Under the pieces are notes generated by a model. The model was not told where the DNA came from. It did no database searches and worked only from the letters and a program-made list of their open reading frames with translations. Of a stretch of DNA of 64,000 nt, positions 49,681-59,232 are shown in pieces; the stretch's first letter is position 1; every line of letters starts with the position of its first letter. Source of the stretch: an uncultured Spirochaetales bacterium. GTDB taxonomy: Bacteria; Spirochaetota; GWE2-31-10; CAYYKD01. Location of the stretch: assembly GCA_964608985.1 (NCBI GenBank), contig CAZSQU010000001.1:18549-82548 (forward strand), read 5' to 3'. The position numbers and the translations under genes are program-made.

Positions 49681-50925
49681 ATGAGCTTATTTAAGAAATA
49701 TTTTCTTTTTATAGTGATAATATCCATTAATACCCCTCGTTTGATCTTTTCAGACGATTTTGAAAATAATTTTCTTCAAACATATCTTAATCTTGAAAAA
49801 GCATTCCTTGAGATATCCGGAGATTACGGAACTAATTTTTTCCCGTTTTTAAATATGTCATACGGTGGAAGGGATGTAGGATTCTCAGGGGCATTTACAG
49901 CGGTTGCAGATGATATAAATACTATCGAATCAAATCCTGCCGGAACATCATCTCTTGATTATACCGAGCTTTTTTTTAGTCACAGCAAAATACTTGGCGA
50001 TGTAAACTACAACACATTAGCATTTACAATGAGATTTAATGATCTTGGGGTAGGCTTTGGTTCCCGTGTATTATATATTCCATTTGACAGATACGATAAT
50101 TTTGGAGATATAACAGGTTCCGGTGTAATCAATTATTCTGTTTATACTTTCAATGTTGCCTATAATTTCTTTAGAAATTATGATTTTTTTGGTTTATCAA
50201 TTGGTGCGAACATAAAACTATTTGTTTACGGTGTTCCTGACACTATTATTTCAAATCAAACGAGTGTTGGTGTGGTTTTTGATTTTGGTATATTGTCGAG
50301 ATTTAATCTATTAAAAGGGTATAGTCATAGAGAATTTAATTTTTCTATTGGTTTTGCGGCTAGAAATTTAGGACCTTTTGTGCAAAATGAACCACCTCCT
50401 ACCTCACTAAGCATTGGTATAGCGTATAAGCCGATATATACATTATTGATGAGTGTTGATTTTGAAATGTTAATAAATTATACGGATCTTACTTATAAAA
50501 ATTGGTGTGTTAGATCGGGTGTAGAATGGTATTTTACGCCATTTACTGCATTATTATGTGGTTTCGCAATAAAATCAAATCCTTCATTTTCACTAGGTAT
50601 GAATATAAGATTTGATGACTTTAATATAACGGTAATTTACAATCCTGATTTTTCTGATCTTTTTAAATTTAGTGTTTCTGCTTCGATAAAAATGGGTGAT
50701 TTCGGCAGAAAAGATAAGTTTGTAACGATAAGTAATCAATATCTCAGCTCAGTAAGATTAATGAATCAAGGGAAATACAGTGAAGCAATACCATTACTCG
50801 AAAATATATTATTTAATGATAGGACATTCACACCTGCTTTGAGAAGTCTTGAACTGTGTAAACGACATTTAAGAATACAACAGGAGATTGAGGGGATTTC
50901 TAATCTTAACACTTCACTTAATTAA
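49681..50925 (+). CDS. putative outer-membrane beta-barrel protein with a C-terminal helical tail
   Basis: 414 aa. Signal peptide, then alternating aromatic/hydrophobic beta-strand pattern with many G/Y/F. The last ~70 aa are helical, TPR-like. Confidence 0.5.
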   Translation: MSLFKKYFLFIVIISINTPRLIFSDDFENNFLQTYLNLEKAFLEISGDYGTNFFPFLNMSYGGRDVGFSGAFTAVADDINTIESNPAGTSSLDYTELFFSHSKILGDVNYNTLAFTMRFNDLGVGFGSRVLYIPFDRYDNFGDITGSGVINYSVYTFNVAYNFFRNYDFFGLSIGANIKLFVYGVPDTIISNQTSVGVVFDFGILSRFNLLKGYSHREFNFSIGFAARNLGPFVQNEPPPTSLSIGIAYKPIYTLLMSVDFEMLINYTDLTYKNWCVRSGVEWYFTPFTALLCGFAIKSNPSFSLGMNIRFDDFNITVIYNPDFSDLFKFSVSASIKMGDFGRKDKFVTISNQYLSSVRLMNQGKYSEAIPLLENILFNDRTFTPALRSLELCKRHLRIQQEIEGISNLNTSLN

Positions 50926-50978
50926 TATATCAATAAAAAAATCATTGATGAAATCAGTTTTTTTTTATATAAGTAATT

Positions 50979-51185
50979 GGCGCCTCGAAATACCTCATTC
51001 GGTGTTTCTCCTTGTTATTTTTTTTACATACTTCATTGCCGAAATCCTCATATAACCGAGTAAGGTACATGATGTGCAGAATACCGTTTGGTGCGCAAAA
51101 CGCCGGCATATACTGCAATTTCGTCTTTTTGTCTGTAAAAAAAATCACATAAGATAAAATACAAAGCAGGTATTTCGAGGTGCTC
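50979..51185. repeat. ~207-bp element bounded by 13-15-bp inverted repeats (core CCTCGAAATACCT / AGGTATTTCGAGG) in the lysS leader
   Basis: Seen directly: 50983-50995 is the exact reverse complement of 51168-51180. Confidence 0.5.
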
Positions 51186-51211
51186 TAATAAATTTAAAAA
51201 GGGTATTTACG

Positions 51212-52675
51212 ATGGTACAAAATAGCGATGAAAGAAGTGTTAGGATAGAAAAAATTGCAAAAATAAGAGAAGCCGGTGTTAATCCTTTTGCAGACAGATG
51301 CGACAGAACTTGTTATCTTGATAAAGCTCAAACATTGGAAATCGGAACAAAAGAAGTTGAATTGTGTGGTAGGGTAGTTCTGAAAAGGGATTTTGGTAAG
51401 CTAATTTTTGCCACAATTCAAGATTTTTACGGTAGAATGCAGATAGCTCTTGAAAAAACAAAACTGGAAGATAAATTTGTTTTTTTTAATAAGATGATTG
51501 ATATTGGGGATTTTATCTATGTTAAGGGAGAAATATTTAAAACTCATAAAGGTGAGATTACTTTAAACACAGATGATTATAAACTTTTATCAAAATCGAT
51601 AAGACCTCTTCCTGAAAAATTTCACGGGATTACTGACCTTGAAGCAAGATCTCGACAAAGATATCTTGATTTAATAATGGATGTTGATTCGAGAGAAAGA
51701 TTCAAAAAAAGGATTAAAATAATCAATACCATAAGAAATTATCTTAATGATAATGATTTTCTTGAGGTAGAAACTCCTGTTTTACAAACTAAACCATCCG
51801 GTGCTCTGGCTAAACCTTTTAAGACGCATCATAATGCACTTGATATAGATATGTATCTTAGGATAGCACCAGAAACATATCTTAAAAGATGTATAACCGG
51901 CGGATTTGACAGGGTATATGAGTTTGCAAGATCTTTCAGAAATGAAGGAATGGACCCTAGTCATCTTCAAGACTTTACTCTTCTTGAATTCTATGCCGCT
52001 TATTGGAATTTTGAAGATAACATGAATTTTACAGAAAAACTTTTTAAACATATACTTATGGAGATAAACGGATCATTAGAGTTGGTCTATAATGGGACTA
52101 AGATTGATTTTTCCGGTACATGGCCCAGATACAGTTTTAGAGAATTAATTCTAAAACATGCAGATATTGATATTGATCTTTGTCCGACAAAAGATGATCT
52201 TGTTAAAGCTATTAAATCAAAAAATATTAAACTTGAGGATGTTAATTTTAATAAAATAGGCAGGGGAAACCTTATTGATCAATTATATAAAAAGGTTGCT
52301 AGACCTAATATGATTAACCCGCAATTTTTAATACATCATCCCATAGATCTATCTCCGCTTGCCAGGAAAAATGATGATAATGAATTGATTACAGATAGAT
52401 TTCAGCTTGTGGTAAATACATGGGAGATTGTTAACGCTTACTCAGAACTTGTTGATCCGATCGATCAGTTGGACAGACTTAAAAAGCAAATGGATGAGCG
52501 GGAAAAAGGTGATGAAGAAGCTATGTTTCTTGATGAAGAATTTGTTTTATGTATGGAATATGGGATGCCTCCGAATTCCGGTTGGGGTATGGGGATTGAC
52601 AGGTTTGTTGCTCTTTTGACTGATCAGGAAAACCTTAGAGAGGTCGTATTGTTTCCTTTGATGCGCCCTTTATAA
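51212..52675 (+). CDS. lysS: lysine--tRNA ligase, class II
   Basis: 487 aa. Motifs ARSRQRYLDLI, EVETPVLQ, GGFDRVYEFARSFRNEGMD and MPPNSGWGMGIDR. Confidence 0.92.
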   Translation: MVQNSDERSVRIEKIAKIREAGVNPFADRCDRTCYLDKAQTLEIGTKEVELCGRVVLKRDFGKLIFATIQDFYGRMQIALEKTKLEDKFVFFNKMIDIGDFIYVKGEIFKTHKGEITLNTDDYKLLSKSIRPLPEKFHGITDLEARSRQRYLDLIMDVDSRERFKKRIKIINTIRNYLNDNDFLEVETPVLQTKPSGALAKPFKTHHNALDIDMYLRIAPETYLKRCITGGFDRVYEFARSFRNEGMDPSHLQDFTLLEFYAAYWNFEDNMNFTEKLFKHILMEINGSLELVYNGTKIDFSGTWPRYSFRELILKHADIDIDLCPTKDDLVKAIKSKNIKLEDVNFNKIGRGNLIDQLYKKVARPNMINPQFLIHHPIDLSPLARKNDDNELITDRFQLVVNTWEIVNAYSELVDPIDQLDRLKKQMDEREKGDEEAMFLDEEFVLCMEYGMPPNSGWGMGIDRFVALLTDQENLREVVLFPLMRPL

Positions 52676-52684
52676 AAAATATTT

Positions 52685-52712
52685 GCCCGTTTGTTTAACA
52701 TTCGGGCTTTTT
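52685..52712. terminator. rho-independent terminator between convergent lysS and smpB
   Basis: gcccg-tttgtttaacatt-cgggc followed by tttttat. Confidence 0.55.
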
Positions 52713-52715
52713 ATT

Positions 52716-53168
52716 TTAGAAATCCCGTTTTTTATGTTGATCAAGATCTCTTTTGATATCCCTTTCTTTTATTGAGTCTCTTTTATCATGTAGTTTTTTA
52801 CCTTTACATAGTCCGATCTCTAATTTTATTTTATGCCCTTTGAGGTAAATCTTTAAAGGGATCAAGGTTATTCCTTTTTCTTTAATTGACTTTTTGAGAA
52901 ATGTAATCTCTTTTTTGTGTAAAAGCAGTTTTCTTAATCTCAATGGGTCGTGATTTGTTATATTACCCTTGTTATATTCGGGAATTGTGATGTTTTTTAC
53001 AAAAATCTCGTTATCATCTTCAATAACATACCCCTCTTGTAGCGAACATTTGCCATCCCTTAAAGACTTAACTTCTGTTCCGGCAAGAACCATTCCTGCT
53101 TCTAATCTTTGAATTATCTCATATTCAAAACCGGCTTTTTTATTTGCTGATAATATTTTAATGCTCAT
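52716..53168 (-). CDS. smpB: SsrA-binding protein SmpB
   Basis: Track ORF trimmed to ATG MSIKILSANKKAGFEYEI. 150 aa with the C-terminal basic tail. Confidence 0.88.
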   Translation of the reverse strand: MSIKILSANKKAGFEYEIIQRLEAGMVLAGTEVKSLRDGKCSLQEGYVIEDDNEIFVKNITIPEYNKGNITNHDPLRLRKLLLHKKEITFLKKSIKEKGITLIPLKIYLKGHKIKLEIGLCKGKKLHDKRDSIKERDIKRDLDQHKKRDF

Positions 53169-53489
53169 ATTTTTATCCTGTATCGATAATATATAAATTA
53201 ATAAGTAAAAAAATTCAAGACTAATAAAAAATGAAAGAATTATGTGGTGAGAATTTATTTTTGCAAGCTCATTTACAGTATTTAACTTTAAGTAGTATAT
53301 AAATAAACACATCTTAAATCAGATAGTTGAGGCGTTATTTTTGATTGCATCGTACAAATTCAACCACTTATATTATAAAAAAAATGTATAATCAATTAAA
53401 GTTATCAACTTACAAATAATTATAATTAATGTTAAGATGTATTTAATAGCTACCCAATTAATAAAATAAAATTATTTTAGGATTAAAAT

Positions 53490-54752
53490 ATGTCAAAATA
53501 CCGTTTTGAAACCAATTGTGTTCATGGAACCTACGATCCGTTTAAAAATTGTAAAGCAAGGGCAGTTCCCTTGTATCAGAGCTCAGCATTTATGTATGAT
53601 TCTGTTGATAATGCAGCTGACCTTTTTTCGTTTAATGAAGAGGGGCATATTTATATGAGGATAGACAACCCAACAGTAAAAGAAGCAGAAAATAGAATTG
53701 CTCTTTTAGAGAAAGGGATGAATGCTGTTTGTTTTGCATCAGGTATGGCGGCCATAACAGGTTTTATCCTTAATTTTCTTCAGAAAGGTGACAGGATATC
53801 AGCAGGCTGTTATTTGTACGGAGGAACAGCGGGACTTCTTAATGACACTTTGCCGAAATTAGGGATAGAAACTGATTATTTTGATCCTACAAATACAGAT
53901 ACTCTTAAAATATCATCTACAACAAAACTTGTTTTTGTTGAGAACCTAGCAAATCCCGGGCTTACAGTTCCGGACTTATACGGTATAGCAAGAATTTGCC
54001 GGCAGAATAATCTGCCGCTTGCCGTTGATAATACACTTGCAACACCTTATCTATGCAATCCAATTGACTATGGTGCAGACTTTATTATCCATTCATGTAC
54101 AAAGTATCTTGAAGGGCATGGTAATATTATCGGCGGGGTAGTGATAGACTCCGGAACCTATAAATTTGACAGCTTTAGGTATCCGCTTATCTATGAAGAA
54201 GCTGCTAACGGACAAAATTTCTATGAAAAATTTGAAGAAAAAGCTTTCAGCGGTCGTTTAAGGGCAAAAGTACTTATGAATACCGGGGGGTGTATGGCTC
54301 CTTTTCATGCTTATATGCTCATACATGGACTTGAAAGTTTTCATGTGAGGATGGAGCGGCATTGCCGGAATGCACAATCTATCGCAGAATATCTAAGGAA
54401 TCACCCAAAGATAGCTTGGGTTTGTTTTCCGGGATTTAATGATCACCCGACACATTTAAATGCAAAAAAGTATTTTAATAAATATTATGGAGCAATGATA
54501 GGTTTTGGAGTAAAAGGCGGTTATGAGGCCTGTAAGAAATTTGTTAATTCTGTTAAACTTTTATCACATACAACAAATATTGGCGATACTAAAACACTGA
54601 TAATTCATCCGGCAGGGACAACCCATAGAAACCTCACTTCAGAACAAAAGAAAAAAGCGGGAATAAAAGAGGATTTTTTAAGGTTATCTGTAGGAATAGA
54701 AAGTGTTGAGGATTTAATTGAGGAGATAGAAAAAGCATTAAATGATACATAA
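53490..54752 (+). CDS. metY: PLP-dependent O-acetylhomoserine/O-succinylhomoserine sulfhydrylase-like enzyme (Cys/Met metabolism family)
   Basis: 420 aa. N-terminus FETNCVHGTY...RAVPLYQSSAF...IYMRIDNPT, with the PLP-lysine region IHSCTKYLEGHGN. Confidence 0.8.
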   Translation: MSKYRFETNCVHGTYDPFKNCKARAVPLYQSSAFMYDSVDNAADLFSFNEEGHIYMRIDNPTVKEAENRIALLEKGMNAVCFASGMAAITGFILNFLQKGDRISAGCYLYGGTAGLLNDTLPKLGIETDYFDPTNTDTLKISSTTKLVFVENLANPGLTVPDLYGIARICRQNNLPLAVDNTLATPYLCNPIDYGADFIIHSCTKYLEGHGNIIGGVVIDSGTYKFDSFRYPLIYEEAANGQNFYEKFEEKAFSGRLRAKVLMNTGGCMAPFHAYMLIHGLESFHVRMERHCRNAQSIAEYLRNHPKIAWVCFPGFNDHPTHLNAKKYFNKYYGAMIGFGVKGGYEACKKFVNSVKLLSHTTNIGDTKTLIIHPAGTTHRNLTSEQKKKAGIKEDFLRLSVGIESVEDLIEEIEKALNDT

Positions 54753-54824
54753 AATAATTAAATAGCCACACGATTGAATTTATTTTGACTTTTTACATTT
54801 TTTGGTCTATATTTACCATTCAAT

Positions 54825-55772
54825 ATGGAAACTCATACAATAATTATTGATAACTCAGATATCTTAATGGAGATATGTGGGATAAATGAAAAAAACCTCA
54901 AGAAAATCACAACGATAACAGGATACGATGTATATTCAAGAGGAAATGAGCTTATTTTTAATGATGATATTGAAAACAGGGTAAACAGGCTGCTCCATAA
55001 CCTTATTTCTATAGCTGAAAATAAAGGTAATATTTACGGAACTTTGATAGAAGCGATCTATAAAGAGATAGATAATTGTACCGGAATAGATATTAAGACA
55101 GTTATGAACACCAATATTGATATTTCCAGATCAAAGAAGGTAATTAATCCAAAGACTTTGAATCAAGGAATTTATATTCAGCTTTTGAATACAAGAGATA
55201 TTGTGATTGCATACGGACCTGCGGGAACGGGTAAGACCTTTATTGCCATAGCATACGCAATAAAGGAACTTTTAGAAAAAAGAATTAAAAAAGTTGTTCT
55301 AACAAGACCGGTTGTTGAAGCAGGTGAAAGCTTGGGTTTCTTGCCGGGGGATTATATACAAAAAATAAATCCGTATATAATGCCATTATTTGATTCGATT
55401 AATTTGCTTATTGACAGTGAGACTTATTCAAAGCTTTATTCTCAAGGGCAAATTGAGATAGCACCTTTAGCATATATGCGCGGCAGAACTTTCAATGATT
55501 CAATAATTATACTTGATGAAGCACAGAATACAATAAGCAATCAAATGAAGATGTTTCTAACCAGACTAGGCGAGAATTCAAAACTTTTTATAACAGGAGA
55601 TATAACTCAGATAGATCTTCCGTTTAAGAAAAAAAGCGGACTTGTTGAAGCAATAAATATCCTAAAAAATATAAATGAGATTGGTATTATGGAATTTGAA
55701 CAGAAAGATGTTGTAAGACATCCGTTAGTAAAAAAAATAGTAAGTGCATATGAAAAACATGAAAAAGCTTAA
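54825..55772 (+). CDS. phoH: PhoH-like ATPase (PhoH/YbeZ)
   Basis: 315 aa. Walker A AYGPAGTGKTFIAIA and Walker B IIILDEAQN. Position upstream of the 7TM-HD and ybeY genes matches the conserved cluster. Confidence 0.85.
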   Translation: METHTIIIDNSDILMEICGINEKNLKKITTITGYDVYSRGNELIFNDDIENRVNRLLHNLISIAENKGNIYGTLIEAIYKEIDNCTGIDIKTVMNTNIDISRSKKVINPKTLNQGIYIQLLNTRDIVIAYGPAGTGKTFIAIAYAIKELLEKRIKKVVLTRPVVEAGESLGFLPGDYIQKINPYIMPLFDSINLLIDSETYSKLYSQGQIEIAPLAYMRGRTFNDSIIILDEAQNTISNQMKMFLTRLGENSKLFITGDITQIDLPFKKKSGLVEAINILKNINEIGIMEFEQKDVVRHPLVKKIVSAYEKHEKA

Positions 55773-57996
55773 GTATTTTGAATCTTTCACATTTAATTCA
55801 CGATTTTCAATAAAAACAATTCAAAAAATATTAATAGTTATTTTATTGTTTATTACAATAAATATAATAATTCTTTTTCATCCGGCCGGTAATGGGGTTA
55901 TACCTTCAATTGGAGAAAAACTTGAATTTGATCTTAAAGCCGGCAATAAAGTTAGTTATATTGATCAGGAAGCAACAAACCGGAAGCTTGAATTAATCAA
56001 ATTAACTACGCCTCCTGTTTATTTTATTGATAACGCTCACTCAGAATCTGAAATAAATAAAATTAAACAGTTGTTTGTGGAAATATCTGATACAAGTAAT
56101 TTAGATCAGATAAATATTGAAAAATATGGATTTTCTTTTGAATTATCTGAAAATCTTTATAATCAAATTAAAAATAATGAATCTCTCTTTTTAGATAGTA
56201 TTATTGAAACGCTGCAAGTTGCTCAAAGTATTGGTATAATTGAAACAAGGGGGTTAAGATCTGTTGAAATACTTGATGCATCAGGAATAATTATCAGATC
56301 TTCTCAACAAGGTATTGATTATGATGAAATTAAATCATTCAGCTCTATTTTTACAAAAGGCAAAGCAATAGAAGAGATTATCAATAGTATTGAGTTGAAC
56401 GGGTTTATATTGAATCAATCAGAAAATCAGGAATTAACAGTCTTGATAGATCAGTTATTTGAACCAAATCTCCGTTTTGATAAAGAGTTAACGGAAAGCT
56501 TGATTGAAGATTCACTCAGATCAGCAGAACCGGTTTATAAGATAATTGAGATAGGTGAGATTGTTCTTAAAAAAGGTGAAATAGTTACAAAAGATAACAT
56601 TAATAAAGTAACGGCAATTATGAACACAACAGGTGGTTATTTAAATATAAAAAAATCTATATCTGTAACACTTTTTACGGTAGCTATTATTATATTCTCT
56701 TATTTTTACATTATTTACTTCGATCCTTCTTTTTTTTCTAAGGTTAGAAATACCGTTTTTTTAAGTTCTTTACTAATTTCATATATTATTTTTATATCAT
56801 TACCGGTTTATTTCGGCTTTGATAAATCATCAACTTATTTTGGTTTTTTTCTTCCGATTTCTGCATTTACATTTACACTGGCATTTCTCTTTTCAAAATC
56901 AATATCGAGCTATTTTTCCGTTATTTTGTCTCTTATGTTTTTTGTGTTGTCTGATTATAATAATTATGGATTTATATTTGTTTTTGCATCGGGAGTAAGT
57001 TCCGTATTTACTATTTCGAGAGTAAAAAAAAGGGTTGATTTACTTATAGCCGGTTTAAAAATGTCTCTGATTAATTGTATTATTGCTTTATTTATATATC
57101 TAAATTCTGATCAAAGCACTATAAATGTTGTTTATCTGTCTGTGATATCTGTTTTTAACGGTCTTTTTTCAGGATTATTTGCTATCGGATTAATCGCAAT
57201 AGGAGAGTTATCGTTGAATTCGCCGACAATATTTAGACTTCAAGAACTTTCAGATTTGTCGTCACCGGTAATAAGAGATCTGTTTATCAATGCAATAGGA
57301 ACATACCATCATTCAATTGTTGTAGGTAATCTTAGTGAATCAGCAGCAATTGAGATTGGTGCTAACGGATTACTGGCAAGAGTCGGCGGCTATTATCACG
57401 ACATAGGCAAGATAGAGAATCCGGATTACTTTATCGAAAATCAAACTGACTTAAACAAACACGACCTTGTAAAACCAACATTGTCGGTTTCAATTATTAA
57501 GGGACATTTAAAATCCGGCATTGACAGGGCTGTTAAAGCAAAATTTCCGGCAGAGGTTATTGGTATTATAGCGCAACATCATGGTAATTGTTTGATTAGA
57601 TATTTTTATGAACTCGCATTAAAAACCAATGAACCGGAAAAAGGGGAGGTGGGGAAAGAATTTTTTCATTACAACGGAAAAAACCCTCAGTTTCCCGAAT
57701 CAGCAATTGTTTTTCTGGCTGATCAGGTTGAAGCAACATGCAGATCTTTGAAACACTTTACAGCTCAAAAAATTGAAAAAACTATTGATAAAATTTTTGA
57801 TGAAAAATTTCAAGAGGGACATCTAGATGAATCCGGTTTAACATTAAAAGACTTAACAAAGATTAAAAAAGTTTTTTTTAGAGTTCTTGTAGGCATGTAT
57901 CATTCGAGAATAGAGTATCCGGAACAAAGTGAAAAAAGCAATAGAACTAAAGACTTTAACGGGGAAAATGATAATGAAACAAAAAATATTGATTGA
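55744..57996 (+). CDS. 7TM-receptor-associated HD-family phosphohydrolase (YqfF-like)
   Basis: 750 aa. Extracellular N-domain, 7 TM helices, and the HD motif HHSIVVGNL...YYHDIGK...HHG. The exact start among ATGs at 55744-55759 is uncertain. Confidence 0.8.
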   Translation: MHMKNMKKLKYFESFTFNSRFSIKTIQKILIVILLFITINIIILFHPAGNGVIPSIGEKLEFDLKAGNKVSYIDQEATNRKLELIKLTTPPVYFIDNAHSESEINKIKQLFVEISDTSNLDQINIEKYGFSFELSENLYNQIKNNESLFLDSIIETLQVAQSIGIIETRGLRSVEILDASGIIIRSSQQGIDYDEIKSFSSIFTKGKAIEEIINSIELNGFILNQSENQELTVLIDQLFEPNLRFDKELTESLIEDSLRSAEPVYKIIEIGEIVLKKGEIVTKDNINKVTAIMNTTGGYLNIKKSISVTLFTVAIIIFSYFYIIYFDPSFFSKVRNTVFLSSLLISYIIFISLPVYFGFDKSSTYFGFFLPISAFTFTLAFLFSKSISSYFSVILSLMFFVLSDYNNYGFIFVFASGVSSVFTISRVKKRVDLLIAGLKMSLINCIIALFIYLNSDQSTINVVYLSVISVFNGLFSGLFAIGLIAIGELSLNSPTIFRLQELSDLSSPVIRDLFINAIGTYHHSIVVGNLSESAAIEIGANGLLARVGGYYHDIGKIENPDYFIENQTDLNKHDLVKPTLSVSIIKGHLKSGIDRAVKAKFPAEVIGIIAQHHGNCLIRYFYELALKTNEPEKGEVGKEFFHYNGKNPQFPESAIVFLADQVEATCRSLKHFTAQKIEKTIDKIFDEKFQEGHLDESGLTLKDLTKIKKVFFRVLVGMYHSRIEYPEQSEKSNRTKDFNGENDNETKNID

Positions 57997-58426
57997 ATTT
58001 GAAAGGTCTGTTAATAATACTGAAATCTCGAAAAAAGCAGCAAAAAAGTGGATAAAAGGGGTTTTAAAAGAATTGAATTTAAAAGACAAAGGATTATCAT
58101 TACTTTTTTCAACTTCTGATTCTATTCGTAAATTAAATATGGAATATAGAGGTATTGATAAAGCAACCGATGTTTTATCTTTTTCTCAATTGGAAGGTGA
58201 CTTTGTTATTAATGAAGATTTCCTTGGTGATATTGTAGTTTCTATTGATAAAGCTAAAGAACAATCGGAAGATAACCGTATAACACTTGAAGAAGAGGTT
58301 TTTTTCTTAGTATTACATGGGATATTACATTTGATCGGTTATGATCATGATGAAGAAAATACAGGTGATATGGGGATTATCGAGAACTCAATTTATAAGA
58401 AACTGCTTGGAGTAACAATTGAATAG
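57968..58426 (+). CDS. ybeY: rRNA maturation endoribonuclease YbeY
   Basis: Track ORF trimmed to an ATG preceded by GGGGAAA. 152 aa with the metal-binding motif HGILHLIGYDH. Confidence 0.85.
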   Translation: MIMKQKILIEFERSVNNTEISKKAAKKWIKGVLKELNLKDKGLSLLFSTSDSIRKLNMEYRGIDKATDVLSFSQLEGDFVINEDFLGDIVVSIDKAKEQSEDNRITLEEEVFFLVLHGILHLIGYDHDEENTGDMGIIENSIYKKLLGVTIE

Positions 58427-59216
58427 TTTATTTAGAAAATTAAAAACACTTAAAGAAAAGAATGAGCAAAAATTATACAATATAATTAAGCAAATTGAAA
58501 AAAAAGGATCACTTGATAATAATGACTCAAAAATGATAAGAAATATTATAGATTTGAAATATTTAACAGTCAAGGAATTAATGGTTCCCAGAGTGGATGT
58601 AACAGGTATAAATAAAGATGCAACAATTGAGGACATTCTTCAATCACTTTCAATTAAAATATACTCAAGACTACCTGTTTATAATGAAAAAATTGATAAT
58701 ATAATCGGTATTCTTCATACAAAGGATCTTTTGAAGTCAATTAAAAATTGTGCCTCACTTGAATTGGAAAAGATTATCAGACCGGCGTTTTTTATTCCTG
58801 AAACAAAGATTATCAACGCTTTACTTATAGAACTAAGAGAAAAGAAGAGCCACATGGCAATAGTTGTAGATGAATATGGCGGTATGTCGGGAATAATTAC
58901 ACTTGAAGATATTGTTGAGAAGATCATAGGAGATATTCAGGATGAATTTGATAATGAAATTGACGATATTATTGAGTTGAGTGACCATTCATATCTGATT
59001 AATCCAAGAATTACAATTGAAGAATTAAATGAACAACTCGGTATCAATCTGAAAGTTGATCAAATTGACACATTAGGCGGTCTAATGTTTATGCTTTTCG
59101 GCAGAATTCCTCTTAAAGGGGAAAAAGTTACCTATCATAATATGGTTTTTACGATTGAATCTATTATTGGTAGAAATATCAAGGCAATTAAAATGAGGTT
59201 TTTAGCTAATGAATAA
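58419..59216 (+). CDS. corC: CBS-pair plus CorC_HlyC domain protein (CorC/YbeX Mg/Co efflux-associated)
   Basis: 265 aa. Tandem CBS domains and a C-terminal transporter-associated domain. Its start overlaps the ybeY stop. Confidence 0.8.
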   Translation: MNSLFRKLKTLKEKNEQKLYNIIKQIEKKGSLDNNDSKMIRNIIDLKYLTVKELMVPRVDVTGINKDATIEDILQSLSIKIYSRLPVYNEKIDNIIGILHTKDLLKSIKNCASLELEKIIRPAFFIPETKIINALLIELREKKSHMAIVVDEYGGMSGIITLEDIVEKIIGDIQDEFDNEIDDIIELSDHSYLINPRITIEELNEQLGINLKVDQIDTLGGLMFMLFGRIPLKGEKVTYHNMVFTIESIIGRNIKAIKMRFLANE

Positions 59217-59232
59217 AAATGGAGTTTTGTAG

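Noticed and set aside
50954-51148. 64-aa minus-strand ORF inside the lysS leader element
   Set aside because: It has no RBS, lies wholly inside the inverted-repeat-bounded non-coding element, and its composition is atypical. Likely spurious.
50979-51185. Lysine riboswitch (L-box) interpretation of the lysS leader
   Set aside because: A GAGGTGC-like string exists but sits at the 3' end of the element rather than the 5' side expected for the L-box. There is no intrinsic terminator or clear expression platform, and lysS is not a typical L-box target. Kept only as a generic structured-element or MITE hypothesis.
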